64,000 bases of DNA from NCBI GenBank assembly GCA_963662275.1, contig OY759316.1:160001-224000 (forward strand). The letters are read 5' to 3'. Of this stretch, positions 50,168 to 60,999 are shown one piece after another; within the stretch, counting starts at the first letter, position 1, and each line of letters starts with the position of its first letter. The notes under the pieces were generated by a model. The model had not been told where the DNA came from. It did no database searches and saw nothing but the letters and a program-made list of their open reading frames with translations. Made by a program: the position numbers and the translations under genes. Source of the stretch: Candidatus Cloacimonadales bacterium. Its GTDB lineage: Bacteria > Cloacimonadota > Cloacimonadia > Cloacimonadales > DAONDQ01.

Positions 50168-52672
50168 ATGAAAGAAGGTTTCTTATTCAGAAACGAGCAA
50201 TCTATTTTTTTTACAGATAGCATAAGCAACTGTGAAGATGTACTTCATAATTCAATTCTTGAACACCTGGAATATACGTTAGGCAAAGATAGAACAACGA
50301 CAAGGTACTGGGATGTATACCAGGCGTTGGCGTTAGCACTCAGAGACAGGCTCACGGAAAAGTGGTTGCGCACCCAGTATGAATACCGTAAGCGAGATGT
50401 AAAAAAATTATATTATTTATCCATGGAGTTTCTTGTTGGTCGTTTACTTGGTAATACCCTGATCAACTTGGACATCTACGAAGATTGCCGTAAAGTGCTT
50501 AAGGAAGTGGGATTCAATCTTGATGATATCGCTGAACTTGAACCGGATATGGGACTGGGGAATGGTGGTTTGGGAAGATTAGCAGCTTGTTTCATGGATT
50601 CACTTGCGACCCAGGAATATCCGGCTTATGGATATGGTATTCGTTATGAGTTCGGTATTTTCAAACAATGTATTCAGCAAGGATACCAGGTGGAAGAACC
50701 GGATAATTGGTTGAAAGGTGGTAACCCCTGGGAAATATGCAGACCATCAATCAATTATCGGGTACGTTTTGCAGGGAAAGTTGAAAAATATGAACAATCC
50801 GATGGAAGGACAGTTTATCATTGGGTAGATACAAGTGATGTTATGGCTGTTGCCTGGGATACACCTATACCGGGATATCAGACAAATACTGTCAATAATC
50901 TGCGTCTTTGGCAGGCAAAAGCCACCGATGAATTTGACTTTGATTATTTTAATCATGGTGATTATGTAAAAGCTGTTGAACGCAAGAATATCTCAGAGAA
51001 TATATCAAAAGTTCTTTATCCTAATGATAATCTTCATTTGGGCAAGATTCTCCGTCTTCAACAGGAGTACTTCTTTGTTTCTGCTACATTACAGGATATC
51101 TTCCATCATTATAAACGAGATCATGATTCCTTTAAGGAATTTCCTGAAAAGATAGCTGTTCAGTTGAATGATACACATCCTGCAATCGCTATTCCTGAAA
51201 TGATGCGAATACTAATGGATGAAGAACGTCTTAATTGGGAAGAAGCTTGGGATATCACTCAAAAAACCTTTGGTTATACAAATCATACGGTCATGCCTGA
51301 GGCTTTGGAAAAGTGGTCAGTGGCAATTTTTGAACAGATGCTTCCTCGGCATTTACTCATCATCTTCGAAATCAATAATCGTTTATTGAGTGAGGTTTCC
51401 AGTCTCTATCCCGGGAACCTGATTAAATTGAAGAACATGTCAATTATTGAAGAAGGCAAAGAGCAATTTGTACGTATGGCACAATTGTCTGTATTGGGTA
51501 GCCATTCCGTGAATGGTGTGGCTGAAATTCATACAGATATCATTAAAACACGTATTTTTCCTGATTACTTTGAACTATATCCTCAGAAATTCAATAACAA
51601 GACAAATGGTATTACCCAACGCTTATGGCTCAAGGAATGCAATCCATGGCTTGCAAAATTGATTACGAAAACCATCGGGGATAGATGGGCAATTGATTTA
51701 TACGAAATGAAGAAACTTGAATCTTGGGCTGATGATCCAGCTTTTCGTGCAAAATTCACGGAAGAAAAATGGAAAAATAAACAAGCATTGGCACGTTTTA
51801 TCCACAAGGAAAATGGAGTTCGGGTGAATCCTGCTTCGATGTTTGATGTGCATGTGAAACGTCTTCATGAATATAAACGTCAGCTTCTTAACTTATTACA
51901 TGTAATAACGTTGTATAACAGGATCAAAGCCGATCCCACCATTGATATTGTTCCCCGGACTGTGATCTTTGCCGGAAAAGCAGCGCCTGGGTATTTCGTG
52001 GCAAAATTAATTATCAAATTGATAAATTCCGTTTCAGATATTGTTAATTCAGACCCAGATGTTGGTGATAAACTCAAAGTGGTATTCTTGAAGAATTACT
52101 GTGTATCTCTTGCGGAACGGATTATTCCGGCAGCCGACCTCTCAGAACAGATATCAACCGCAGGTTATGAAGCTTCCGGAACTGGTAACATGAAGTTTGC
52201 TCTCAATGGAGCATTGACAATAGGCACTTTGGATGGTGCGAATGTCGAAATGATGGAGGAGTTTGGAGAAGAAAATATCTTCATATTTGGTCTAAAGGCA
52301 AACGAAGTGGTTGCTTTAAAAGAACATGGTTACCATCCCAACGATTACTATCATGGCAACATGGAATTGAAGAAAGCTCTGGATATGATTCAGTACAATT
52401 ACTTCTCCGTTAAGGAACCTGGTATCTTCAAACCGATCATTGATTCCCTGTTAAAACATGGAGATCATTTCCTATTGCTTGCTGATTATGCTTCTTACAT
52501 AGAAACGCAGGAAAGAGTCAGCAATGAGTTCCGCGATACTTCTAATTGGATGCGTAAAGCAATCCTGAATGTTGCCAGGATTGGTAAGTTCTCCAGTGAT
52601 CGAGCAATCAAAGAATATGCTGATGAAATCTGGCATATCAAACCTCGTGAAATCCAGATGAATAAAAACTGA
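50168..52672 (+). CDS. glgP: Glycogen/starch phosphorylase
   Basis: GLGNGGLGRLAACF, NDTHP, KRLHEYKRQ, EASGTGNMKF. Confidence 0.97.
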   Translation: MKEGFLFRNEQSIFFTDSISNCEDVLHNSILEHLEYTLGKDRTTTRYWDVYQALALALRDRLTEKWLRTQYEYRKRDVKKLYYLSMEFLVGRLLGNTLINLDIYEDCRKVLKEVGFNLDDIAELEPDMGLGNGGLGRLAACFMDSLATQEYPAYGYGIRYEFGIFKQCIQQGYQVEEPDNWLKGGNPWEICRPSINYRVRFAGKVEKYEQSDGRTVYHWVDTSDVMAVAWDTPIPGYQTNTVNNLRLWQAKATDEFDFDYFNHGDYVKAVERKNISENISKVLYPNDNLHLGKILRLQQEYFFVSATLQDIFHHYKRDHDSFKEFPEKIAVQLNDTHPAIAIPEMMRILMDEERLNWEEAWDITQKTFGYTNHTVMPEALEKWSVAIFEQMLPRHLLIIFEINNRLLSEVSSLYPGNLIKLKNMSIIEEGKEQFVRMAQLSVLGSHSVNGVAEIHTDIIKTRIFPDYFELYPQKFNNKTNGITQRLWLKECNPWLAKLITKTIGDRWAIDLYEMKKLESWADDPAFRAKFTEEKWKNKQALARFIHKENGVRVNPASMFDVHVKRLHEYKRQLLNLLHVITLYNRIKADPTIDIVPRTVIFAGKAAPGYFVAKLIIKLINSVSDIVNSDPDVGDKLKVVFLKNYCVSLAERIIPAADLSEQISTAGYEASGTGNMKFALNGALTIGTLDGANVEMMEEFGEENIFIFGLKANEVVALKEHGYHPNDYYHGNMELKKALDMIQYNYFSVKEPGIFKPIIDSLLKHGDHFLLLADYASYIETQERVSNEFRDTSNWMRKAILNVARIGKFSSDRAIKEYADEIWHIKPREIQMNKN

Positions 52673-52691
52673 AAAAACTACCAGATTATGG

Positions 52692-52840
52692 GACTCCCCC
52701 CACTTTTGTAAAGAGGGGGATTAAGGGGGCGTTAGTTCTGCTCTGCATTCGCACTTCATCCTTCACACTTCGAAATGGGGAATTAGTTCTGCTCTTTACT
52801 AGTCTCTAGCTTCTTCTGCATAAGGGAGAGTTAGTTCTCC
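52692..52840. repeat. Intergenic mosaic: C/G-run hairpin, heptamer array (52748-52775) and three ttagttct copies
   Basis: ctcccccc...gaggggg; ttcgcac ttcatcc ttcacac ttcgaaa; ttagttctgctct twice and ttagttctcc. Confidence 0.5.
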
Positions 52841-52871
52841 TTCAACAATTTAAGAAAGTATAAATTTTGAG

Positions 52872-54732
52872 GAGACTGTTCATGAAGTTATTCATAATAT
52901 TCAATAAGTTAGAAAGTAGCAAGTTGAAAAAAGTGGTCGAAACGGTCATAATTTAACATACCTTCCAGAATTGACAGATAAGCTCTGCTAAGGACACCAA
53001 ATCACAAGTTAAGCTTTTTGACTAAAATTGAAAAACACGCGATTATAAGTAATGTTTCGAAGCCGTTTCTGACTAAATGTGTAGTTAAAATCATATAAAA
53101 TAGTTCTTTACAAGTTTTTTGCTATAGCTTCAATGGCATTTGTTACCTGGTAACAAAAGGGAGGATATTATGACAAAAAAACACTCCAATTCAAGAAGCG
53201 GTAAGTGTTAGTCATGAAAGTAACCAATACCATGTAAGTATTAACGTACCATTTTCATTCACTTTGCCTGAGACAACATCAAACCACAAGTTCTTAATAG
53301 CGTTTCTACGCTTATTAGTAGGAATAGGCGGAGACAACCTCCTTACACTTCAGCAAATAGCTGATCTGTTTAACTACGCAGACCGCAGGAATGTACATAA
53401 TTTCTGGCAAGAGTTTGAGCAGCATGGTCATGATATCCTGGCATATTTAAGCCGGAAAGTTGACCTGCTGGAGTGTATTCCTCAGATCGAGAATTTTGTT
53501 ATCAATAACCTGCTTTTACCTTTAAATGTCATGTATCAGGAGTTCATCAGCCATCATGATTTTAAAATGTCCTATACCACTTTCTGCAAATATGCTTCTC
53601 AGGTCAATTCTCTGTCTGTAGTTAAGCAAGCTCAGAAGCTTCTTCTGAAAAAGACAGTAGGCGGTGATGCTGTACATCTGCTGAAACTGCTTGCCGGTCA
53701 GCAGAATACACCTGTTATCTGTGACAGACTCCTGGAACAAATGAAGACTGCTAAAGGCAATACATCCCATAGAACCGCCGATGCAAAGCCGTTCCATAGT
53801 CTGGAACGCAAGAACCTGTGTCTGCTGGTACATTACCTGGTTGGAAGCGGTATGAACTTCGAGACGATAGCTTTGCTGCTCAACACCTGTAAAGCTACAG
53901 TCTCAAATCTCTGGCATGAAATCGCTGACCTGCAGAGCCTGATTCTGAACTCAATCGGTAAGTGGAGCGGAAAGATCAGCATTGATGAGAAATATGTGAA
54001 GATCAAAGGTATTCCGTACTATGTCATCAGTATTGTTGATTTTGTGACTCACATCCCTCTGTTTTGTGAGTTGTATCCTGACACAAAGAAAGAATCATTC
54101 GAAGCATGTTTCAGAACCTTCAGACAGCTCTACAGGAAAGATCCAACCCTGATTGTCAGTGATGGCAGTAAATCGTTAGCAGTTGCAAGAAAAACAGTGT
54201 TTCCAAAAGTCCATTACCAACTCTGTAAGTTCCATAAGATACGAAATCTCTTCAAAAGAATCAGTCAATGTCATCTCCCTGAAGACAGGGACAAGTTCTT
54301 TAAGAAGAGGATTATGAAAGCTTTCCGAAGAGAAACGGCGGGCGGAAGGAAAAAGGGTATCGCAAGCCTGACAGCTATTACTCCCCCAACCGCCGCCGAA
54401 TACATCAAAAGCAATATCATTAGTGATTGGAGACACCTCAGCAAAGGTTTGACTTCCAATGTCTCTGAACGCTGGAACCGCAAAATCAAGAAGGTGACAT
54501 CCGGTAGATTTGGACTAAAATCTGAAGAAACCACCCGCAACCTTGTGTTTTCGCTTTGGTTCAAAGAACTGGTCGATAAAGGTCAACCAATCATGCGTCA
54601 GGAATCACTTTTAGCAAGTTTAAATATCTCCCGCATATGTCAAGAAAATGTGGATTGGTCGCACTTAGACCACTTTTTCTCTGTCACTACCAATAAGGCT
54701 GCGTAAAATGGAGGTTAATTTTGAACAGTCTC
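52872..54732 (+). mobile_element. IS256-family-like insertion sequence
   Basis: 11-bp perfect IRs gagactgttca/tgaacagtctc; 8-bp target duplication attttgag at 52864 and 54733. Confidence 0.85.
53170..54706 (+). CDS. DDE transposase; RBS-supported ATG at 53170 is out of frame with the long ORF because of an A7 run
   Basis: SIDEKY, VSDG, FP...QLCKFH (CxxH), TSNVSE.WN; long frame open from 53174. Confidence 0.75.
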
Positions 54733-54860
54733 ATTTTGAGATTATGAAGTAAAAAACAAATAATACTTGACTCGCTAAGTTGCTCAATCACAGGATAATA
54801 ATATTATCCGAAATTTCTTGTATTTCTTCATGAATTGCATAGAATTATAAGGAGAACGAG

Positions 54861-57800
54861 ATGTATTTAGCCAAAAAATTAGGTACTTTTCTGCTTAAAC
54901 AACTTAAATTAACTTTATTATGTGTTTCAATCCTATGTATCCCATTGAGTCTAGTCGCCCAGTTCACTCATATCGATGCTGGATTAACTGGTGTTGAAAG
55001 TGGTGCAGTAGCTTGGGGTGACTACGATAATGACGGAGACTTAGATATTTTGCTAACTGGGGCAATTAATAGTACTGGAAATTGTATTTCCAAAATTTAT
55101 TGCAATAATGGAAATTCTACTTTTACTAGCTTAAACGCGGGACTAACTAATGTTGATTTAAGCGCTGTTGCATGGGGAGACTTAGATAATGATGGTGATT
55201 TAGATATTATTTTAACGGGGAATACAAGTTCAAGTAGTGTTACAAGAATCACTAAAATTTATCGTAACAACGGAAATTCTACATTCACTAGCATAACTAC
55301 AGGACTTATTAGCATATATTGTGGCTCTGTCGCCTGTGGAGATTATGATAATGACGGTGACCTTGATATTCTGTTATCCGGGGGCGCAAGCACAGGATAT
55401 ATTTCTCGAATTTATCGCAATGACGGAAATTTTATCTTCACAGACATTAATGCGGGTCTGCCCGGTGTTAGTGGTTCTGTTGCCTGGGGTGACTATGATA
55501 ACGACGGGGATCTGGATATTCTATTGACAGGATCGTCTAATCTTGGTAATATTTCACGAATCTATCGCAACGATGGTAATTCTACTTTCACCGACATCAT
55601 CGCAGGATTACCTGGCGTTTATGCTAGCTCTGTAGCCTGGGGTGACTACGATAACGATGGGGATATTGATATCCTTTTAACAGGATCCACTGGTAATGAG
55701 TTCATTTCGAAAATCTACCACAATAATGGGAATTCTACATTCTCTGCTATCAACGCCGGATTAACTGGCATTATATCTGGCTCTGCAGCTTGGGGAGACT
55801 ACGATAATGATGGGGATTTAGATGTTCTATTGTCAGGATATTCTTCTAGCAGAATTTCCAGAATCTATCGCAACGATGGTAACTCAGTTTTCACTAACAT
55901 TAGTGCGGGACTTATTGGCGTTGATGGTTGCTCAGTAGCCTGGGGTGATTATGATAATGACAAAGACTTAGATTTTCTTTTATCTGGTAATTGGAGCGGA
56001 GATTATATTTCCTATATCTATCGCAACAATATCAATTCTCTTAATAGTGTCCCATCAGCGCCTTCGAATCTTAGAAAATCCGTTATTGGAACTAACTTAA
56101 TACTGCAATGGAATGCATCGAGCGATATACAAACACCTTCAGCAGGTTTGAATTATGTGCTCAGAATTGGTACTGCCTCTGGAAGTTACAACATAAGTTC
56201 ACCTATGGCAAATCTGACAACCGGTTATAGAAGAATACCTATAATTGGTTATGCTAATTCGATTTGTAAATGGAAAATTGATAGAAATTCACTCATTCAA
56301 GGAACGACATATTATTGGAGTGTACAAGCCATAGATACCGCACTTGGGGGGTCTTCATTTTCAGCAGAAGCAACATTTAATGGAAATATGGTTTATTATT
56401 CAATTTCGGGCAATATCCTTGATTATCAAAATGTTGGGATAGAGGGTGTTATTATCACTGCTTCAGATGTTGGTAGTTGTCAATCTCAATCCGACGGTTC
56501 TTTTCAAATTAGTGTTCCCGAGAACTGGAACGGTATTTGTAGTGCCAGTAAAACTGGTTGGGTTTTCAGCCCGTCTTCAAAATCTTACTCGAATGTATGT
56601 GCTACTACAACCGATCAGAACTTCAGAGGTAAATTAGCTCCTCCAATATTTTCGGTAGCAGGGGGAAATTATTCTACGGCTCAAAGTATCACTCTATCAT
56701 CATTAGCTCAAGGAATCATCAAATATAAATATTCATTATTATACATAACTCCCACGTATTATTCAGGTACAAATTTCTGGTTTCCTATTAATATATCCCA
56801 TAATTCGACAATTCAAGCGATTGCATATATAGAAGGACAGCCTGGGACGGTATCTGACAAAGCAACTGCCAGTTATAATATTGGAACAGGACAAAATGAT
56901 CCTCTGAATCTAACCGTAATTGATTCCCGGAATCAAGCTTATTCTGTCGAATTAACAATCGACAAACCTGGTCTCTATTTGAATTCACATATTAATAAAG
57001 ACATTGGCAGCAGTGGTAAAGTTTCTTTCATAATAGATGATTTTACAAATCAATCTCATTTCGATTCAAGTAATTTAACCAGAATTTCGATTCTAAATGA
57101 AGCAGGCATTGAAATCGGACACATGAAAATAAACGATCTTCCAATCAGCAAGATAGTAACAAGTACAATAAATGCAATCATCGTTGTACATAGTGAACAT
57201 ACACCTTTTGATTCACCAACAGGCTACCCTTGGCAATACTATGCTTATAACGAACGCATGGTTTCCATGATCATCAAACCACCGGTTATCCGCAATAGTA
57301 AAGTTCCTTTACTGCTTGTGCATGGCATTGGCGATTCCTACCCACATTTTGGAGAAAACTGGCTCTCCCAGTTGCAAACAGCCAAAGATTTTGATATCTG
57401 GCAATTTTACTATCCCTACGACCAACAGATAGAACTATCTGCCGGACTGCTTCGCGACGCCCTGGCTCGAATTCAAGTCAACAACTATACACTAAACAAT
57501 GGTCGCATCAATATCCTGGCTTATAGCATGGGTGGACTAGTTACACGAACTTACATACAAAGTCCTAATTATCAAAACAACATTAATAAATTACTTATGC
57601 TGGGAACTCCTAATCACGGTTCCCATTCGACTTATCGATTGAACAAAACCGGATATCCATTAACAGAAATCGCTAATGATTTTTTAATACACCAGGATCA
57701 AAACTCTCCTGCTGTAAAAGAAATGGTTCCTAATTCTTATTTCATTAATGGGCTGAATGCTTCTCCACCCCGTCCTTTGTTTCCTGGAGCTAATAATCAA

Positions 57801-60677
57801 AATACATACCTAGTGCTTGCCGGTAATTTGAACGAGTCAAAATTTATGCCGTTGACTTCAGTCGGAGAAGTGTATTATCCGGAAAATTCAGATGATGCTG
57901 TTGTGTCCGTCAGTAGTGCCAGTCTATTGGAATTCAATATTCCTCTGGCAATTTATTCATGTAATCATAAGGCACTTGTTGGTAATCCAATACCTCTGAT
58001 CCACATCACATCAGTGATATACCCCGGACAGCACATCGCACCATTTTTCGATAATTCCTACAACCCTATGACAAGCTCATTTAAGAATTCCTTTAACAGG
58101 TTCCTAACCCATGTTCCAAACGAAATGAATTGTGCAGGTAATTTTTATGCAACTTTCAACACATTACTCAATTCTAAAGTTATTCCGGTTGAATTAGGGA
58201 ATCACAACGGACAGTTGATTCTCGATTTGAACTTCGGAATTACGGAAACAATCATACACAAAATTACAAATCACTCCAAAAGTATGGATGATTTACTTGA
58301 TAGCCAGGGAGCATCACTACTTTCAGCAAATTCCCAAATAATCGATTCTAATTACTTTCTCGAAGTGACCAATATATTTAATGAACCTCTTGCTTATGTT
58401 AAAAAGGGTCTTGGTTCAAACTTCAACAGCGGTTCGTATTTATTTAGGCTTAAGAAGCTGGGATCAACCTTCAAAACGGTTCGGAGTCCAGTTAATTTTG
58501 GCAGTTATTGTACCAATAATGTTTATTTTAATTTAGTACCAGGTGAACAGGCGATTGCACGGCTCAATAACGGTTTACCTCAACCGACACGTACCTGCTT
58601 TCGGGAACAGGGACGAACAATTCGTGAAGAGCAGTATTATGTGGACAGCTCAATGGATTCACTTGTATTCTATCTTGGTTCAGAGGATAATCCCATCTTT
58701 GCATCTCATGGAGCTTATCTCTTGGCTCCTGATAATACAATCATAGATACTCTGTATGCCTTTAACTCTCCAGATGTTGATTTCAGCCAGGATATTGAAG
58801 CCGGATTTGCATATTATTATGTAAGAAATCCTATGGCAGGTTTATGGAAATTACGCTATAACGATGCCCTACCAGATTCTGTTTCAGCTACTTACATTGA
58901 TAGTCCCATCTCCATATCCGTTACTATCCCTGATTCTTCATATGCCATCAGGGAAAGAGTTGATGTTAAACTGCCATTGCCAAAGCCTATAACCTATACC
59001 CAACCTCAATTCATGGTAGGTCTCAGCTATGTGGATTCAACGGGTGTTAATCACATAATAGGCAATATCACATCTACCAATAATCCTGCAGATTCATCTT
59101 ATTCCTGCTTTTTCATACCAGTAAATCCAGGTAGTTATAGAATCAATGTTGATTTCCAATGTCAATTGGGAACAGAAACTGTCCGCAGGCATTTGGAAAG
59201 TTTTGTGAATGTCCAGGAAATACAGATTCCTCAGTTACTGACTCCTTCTGATGGAACTGCCAATTTGCTGAATCCGGTGACATTGACTTGGAAATCAACC
59301 CCAAGTGCTTCGTCCTATTATTTGGAAATTTATTCCTGGGCTGATTCTTTGCCTGCAGTATCTATCTCTGTAACTGATACCACATATTCCGTAAATAACT
59401 TGTTACCTGGCAGCAAGTATTATTGGCTGGTGCGGTCTGTCAGTCCTTATGGTACAAGCCAATCCTCTTCCATAAATCATTTCTATACAAAAATCAACAG
59501 CCCTGTACTGCTTAGTCCTACTCATAATTCACTGGATATGCCAAAAGTTGTGGATCTCAACTGGGAAGCTGCCAGGGGCGCAACTTACTACCATTTTCAA
59601 TTATCTGAGTCTCCCACCTTCAGCTTTTGTACAATCAGCGATTCACTCTGCTCAGAAAACAGCTATCAGATCAATGATCTGAGCAATACTCAAACGTATT
59701 ACTGGCGGGTGGCAGCCATTAACGAATATGGAAAAAGTGAATGGTCTCAAGTTTTTTCTTTTACAATAAGAAGATACACGATCAGTTTTCCAGCCAATAT
59801 GCAGAGCAATGAAGATAATATTCTCTCCCTCTACTTGCCTAGATATATTGACGATTTTGATCCAAACAACACCCAAGTCTCTATATCCGGGAATGTGCAT
59901 CTAATTCCAACCTATTTAACGGACAGTATTAATCTTACACCAAATGAGAATTGGTCAGGTCATGAAGATCTAATCCTGACAATCAGCTCTGCTTCCCGAA
60001 CTCAAAATTCTCATGCAGAACAAATGGTGAAGGGACAGAATGATCGAAATACCATCATTGATACAATCAGTGTGGATATACTTCCTGTGAATGATCTGCC
60101 AACGATGTCATTTCAAAATACATTAGTCTTTTGGGATAATGAGTCAACAGTCATTGATTTCACTCCCTTTTTAGGCGATATTGACAACGCAGTTTCAGAA
60201 ATCAGTGTTACAGCAGTTGGAAGTACTCACTTGGGAATTAGAGTTAGAGGAAGAGTGATCAGAATTATTCGGGAAGATGGATGGTATGGAAATGAACCGA
60301 TTACGATTAATCTGTCTAATAGCCTGCGTGGCTCATCAAAGAATATCAATGATTGCAGTTCCTACAATATCAATGTTTTCTTTATCAATTCACAACCTGT
60401 CATCTTTGCTTTCACTATCGCTAACAATATGATGACGCTGAAATGGAATTTGATCAAGGATGCCACTTCCTATCGAGTACTCTCTTCAAGTATTTACTCA
60501 GATAACTTTACCGATATTACCGATACTGGAACGATATACTTCCATAAGAATGAGATTATGTGGCAATCAGCAGCTACAAACCAGGAGAGGTCTTTTTATC
60601 AGGTACAGGCAATTAAAAACCAATTGAGAAATACTGGTGCAGGAAATTCCTTAACAAAAGATCTATTCGAGAGATAA
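54861..60677 (+). CDS. Large secreted modular protein: FG-GAP/VCBS repeats, FN3-like domains, alpha/beta-hydrolase, cadherin-like domains
   Basis: 7 x VAWGDYDNDGDLD-type repeats; LLVHGIG...AYSMGGL...LGTPNHGS; TYYWRV-type FN3 motifs; PVND.P. Confidence 0.82.
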   Translation: MYLAKKLGTFLLKQLKLTLLCVSILCIPLSLVAQFTHIDAGLTGVESGAVAWGDYDNDGDLDILLTGAINSTGNCISKIYCNNGNSTFTSLNAGLTNVDLSAVAWGDLDNDGDLDIILTGNTSSSSVTRITKIYRNNGNSTFTSITTGLISIYCGSVACGDYDNDGDLDILLSGGASTGYISRIYRNDGNFIFTDINAGLPGVSGSVAWGDYDNDGDLDILLTGSSNLGNISRIYRNDGNSTFTDIIAGLPGVYASSVAWGDYDNDGDIDILLTGSTGNEFISKIYHNNGNSTFSAINAGLTGIISGSAAWGDYDNDGDLDVLLSGYSSSRISRIYRNDGNSVFTNISAGLIGVDGCSVAWGDYDNDKDLDFLLSGNWSGDYISYIYRNNINSLNSVPSAPSNLRKSVIGTNLILQWNASSDIQTPSAGLNYVLRIGTASGSYNISSPMANLTTGYRRIPIIGYANSICKWKIDRNSLIQGTTYYWSVQAIDTALGGSSFSAEATFNGNMVYYSISGNILDYQNVGIEGVIITASDVGSCQSQSDGSFQISVPENWNGICSASKTGWVFSPSSKSYSNVCATTTDQNFRGKLAPPIFSVAGGNYSTAQSITLSSLAQGIIKYKYSLLYITPTYYSGTNFWFPINISHNSTIQAIAYIEGQPGTVSDKATASYNIGTGQNDPLNLTVIDSRNQAYSVELTIDKPGLYLNSHINKDIGSSGKVSFIIDDFTNQSHFDSSNLTRISILNEAGIEIGHMKINDLPISKIVTSTINAIIVVHSEHTPFDSPTGYPWQYYAYNERMVSMIIKPPVIRNSKVPLLLVHGIGDSYPHFGENWLSQLQTAKDFDIWQFYYPYDQQIELSAGLLRDALARIQVNNYTLNNGRINILAYSMGGLVTRTYIQSPNYQNNINKLLMLGTPNHGSHSTYRLNKTGYPLTEIANDFLIHQDQNSPAVKEMVPNSYFINGLNASPPRPLFPGANNQNTYLVLAGNLNESKFMPLTSVGEVYYPENSDDAVVSVSSASLLEFNIPLAIYSCNHKALVGNPIPLIHITSVIYPGQHIAPFFDNSYNPMTSSFKNSFNRFLTHVPNEMNCAGNFYATFNTLLNSKVIPVELGNHNGQLILDLNFGITETIIHKITNHSKSMDDLLDSQGASLLSANSQIIDSNYFLEVTNIFNEPLAYVKKGLGSNFNSGSYLFRLKKLGSTFKTVRSPVNFGSYCTNNVYFNLVPGEQAIARLNNGLPQPTRTCFREQGRTIREEQYYVDSSMDSLVFYLGSEDNPIFASHGAYLLAPDNTIIDTLYAFNSPDVDFSQDIEAGFAYYYVRNPMAGLWKLRYNDALPDSVSATYIDSPISISVTIPDSSYAIRERVDVKLPLPKPITYTQPQFMVGLSYVDSTGVNHIIGNITSTNNPADSSYSCFFIPVNPGSYRINVDFQCQLGTETVRRHLESFVNVQEIQIPQLLTPSDGTANLLNPVTLTWKSTPSASSYYLEIYSWADSLPAVSISVTDTTYSVNNLLPGSKYYWLVRSVSPYGTSQSSSINHFYTKINSPVLLSPTHNSLDMPKVVDLNWEAARGATYYHFQLSESPTFSFCTISDSLCSENSYQINDLSNTQTYYWRVAAINEYGKSEWSQVFSFTIRRYTISFPANMQSNEDNILSLYLPRYIDDFDPNNTQVSISGNVHLIPTYLTDSINLTPNENWSGHEDLILTISSASRTQNSHAEQMVKGQNDRNTIIDTISVDILPVNDLPTMSFQNTLVFWDNESTVIDFTPFLGDIDNAVSEISVTAVGSTHLGIRVRGRVIRIIREDGWYGNEPITINLSNSLRGSSKNINDCSSYNINVFFINSQPVIFAFTIANNMMTLKWNLIKDATSYRVLSSSIYSDNFTDITDTGTIYFHKNEIMWQSAATNQERSFYQVQAIKNQLRNTGAGNSLTKDLFER

Positions 60678-60759
60678 GAAATCACATTTCAAACATTATA
60701 AGAACTAAATACAAAAAGAATTCATCATACACTCTAAAGAAACTCAACCATCTCTCAAA

Positions 60760-60814
60760 TCCTGAGAGAATCATATGTGGATCCTGAGAGAGTCCTGAGG
60801 GAGTCCTGAGGGAG
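60760..60814. repeat. 11-mer tandem repeat (tcctgagrgag) x5, one degenerate
   Basis: Units at 60760, 60771, 60782, 60793, 60804. Confidence 0.7.
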
Positions 60815-60999
60815 ACTTTATTGTGCATTCTTTGCAATGTATAATAACGAAAAGGAAACATTTTATTACAGGTTAGTCGGTTTAAAATAATATACTAGTT
60901 TTGAAAAATCTTCTTGACTTAAGGATAATACAAACCTAAAGAAGAAAAAATAAAATAACAGAAAATATGAAAATAACAGCAAACCACTGGAGGCTGATT

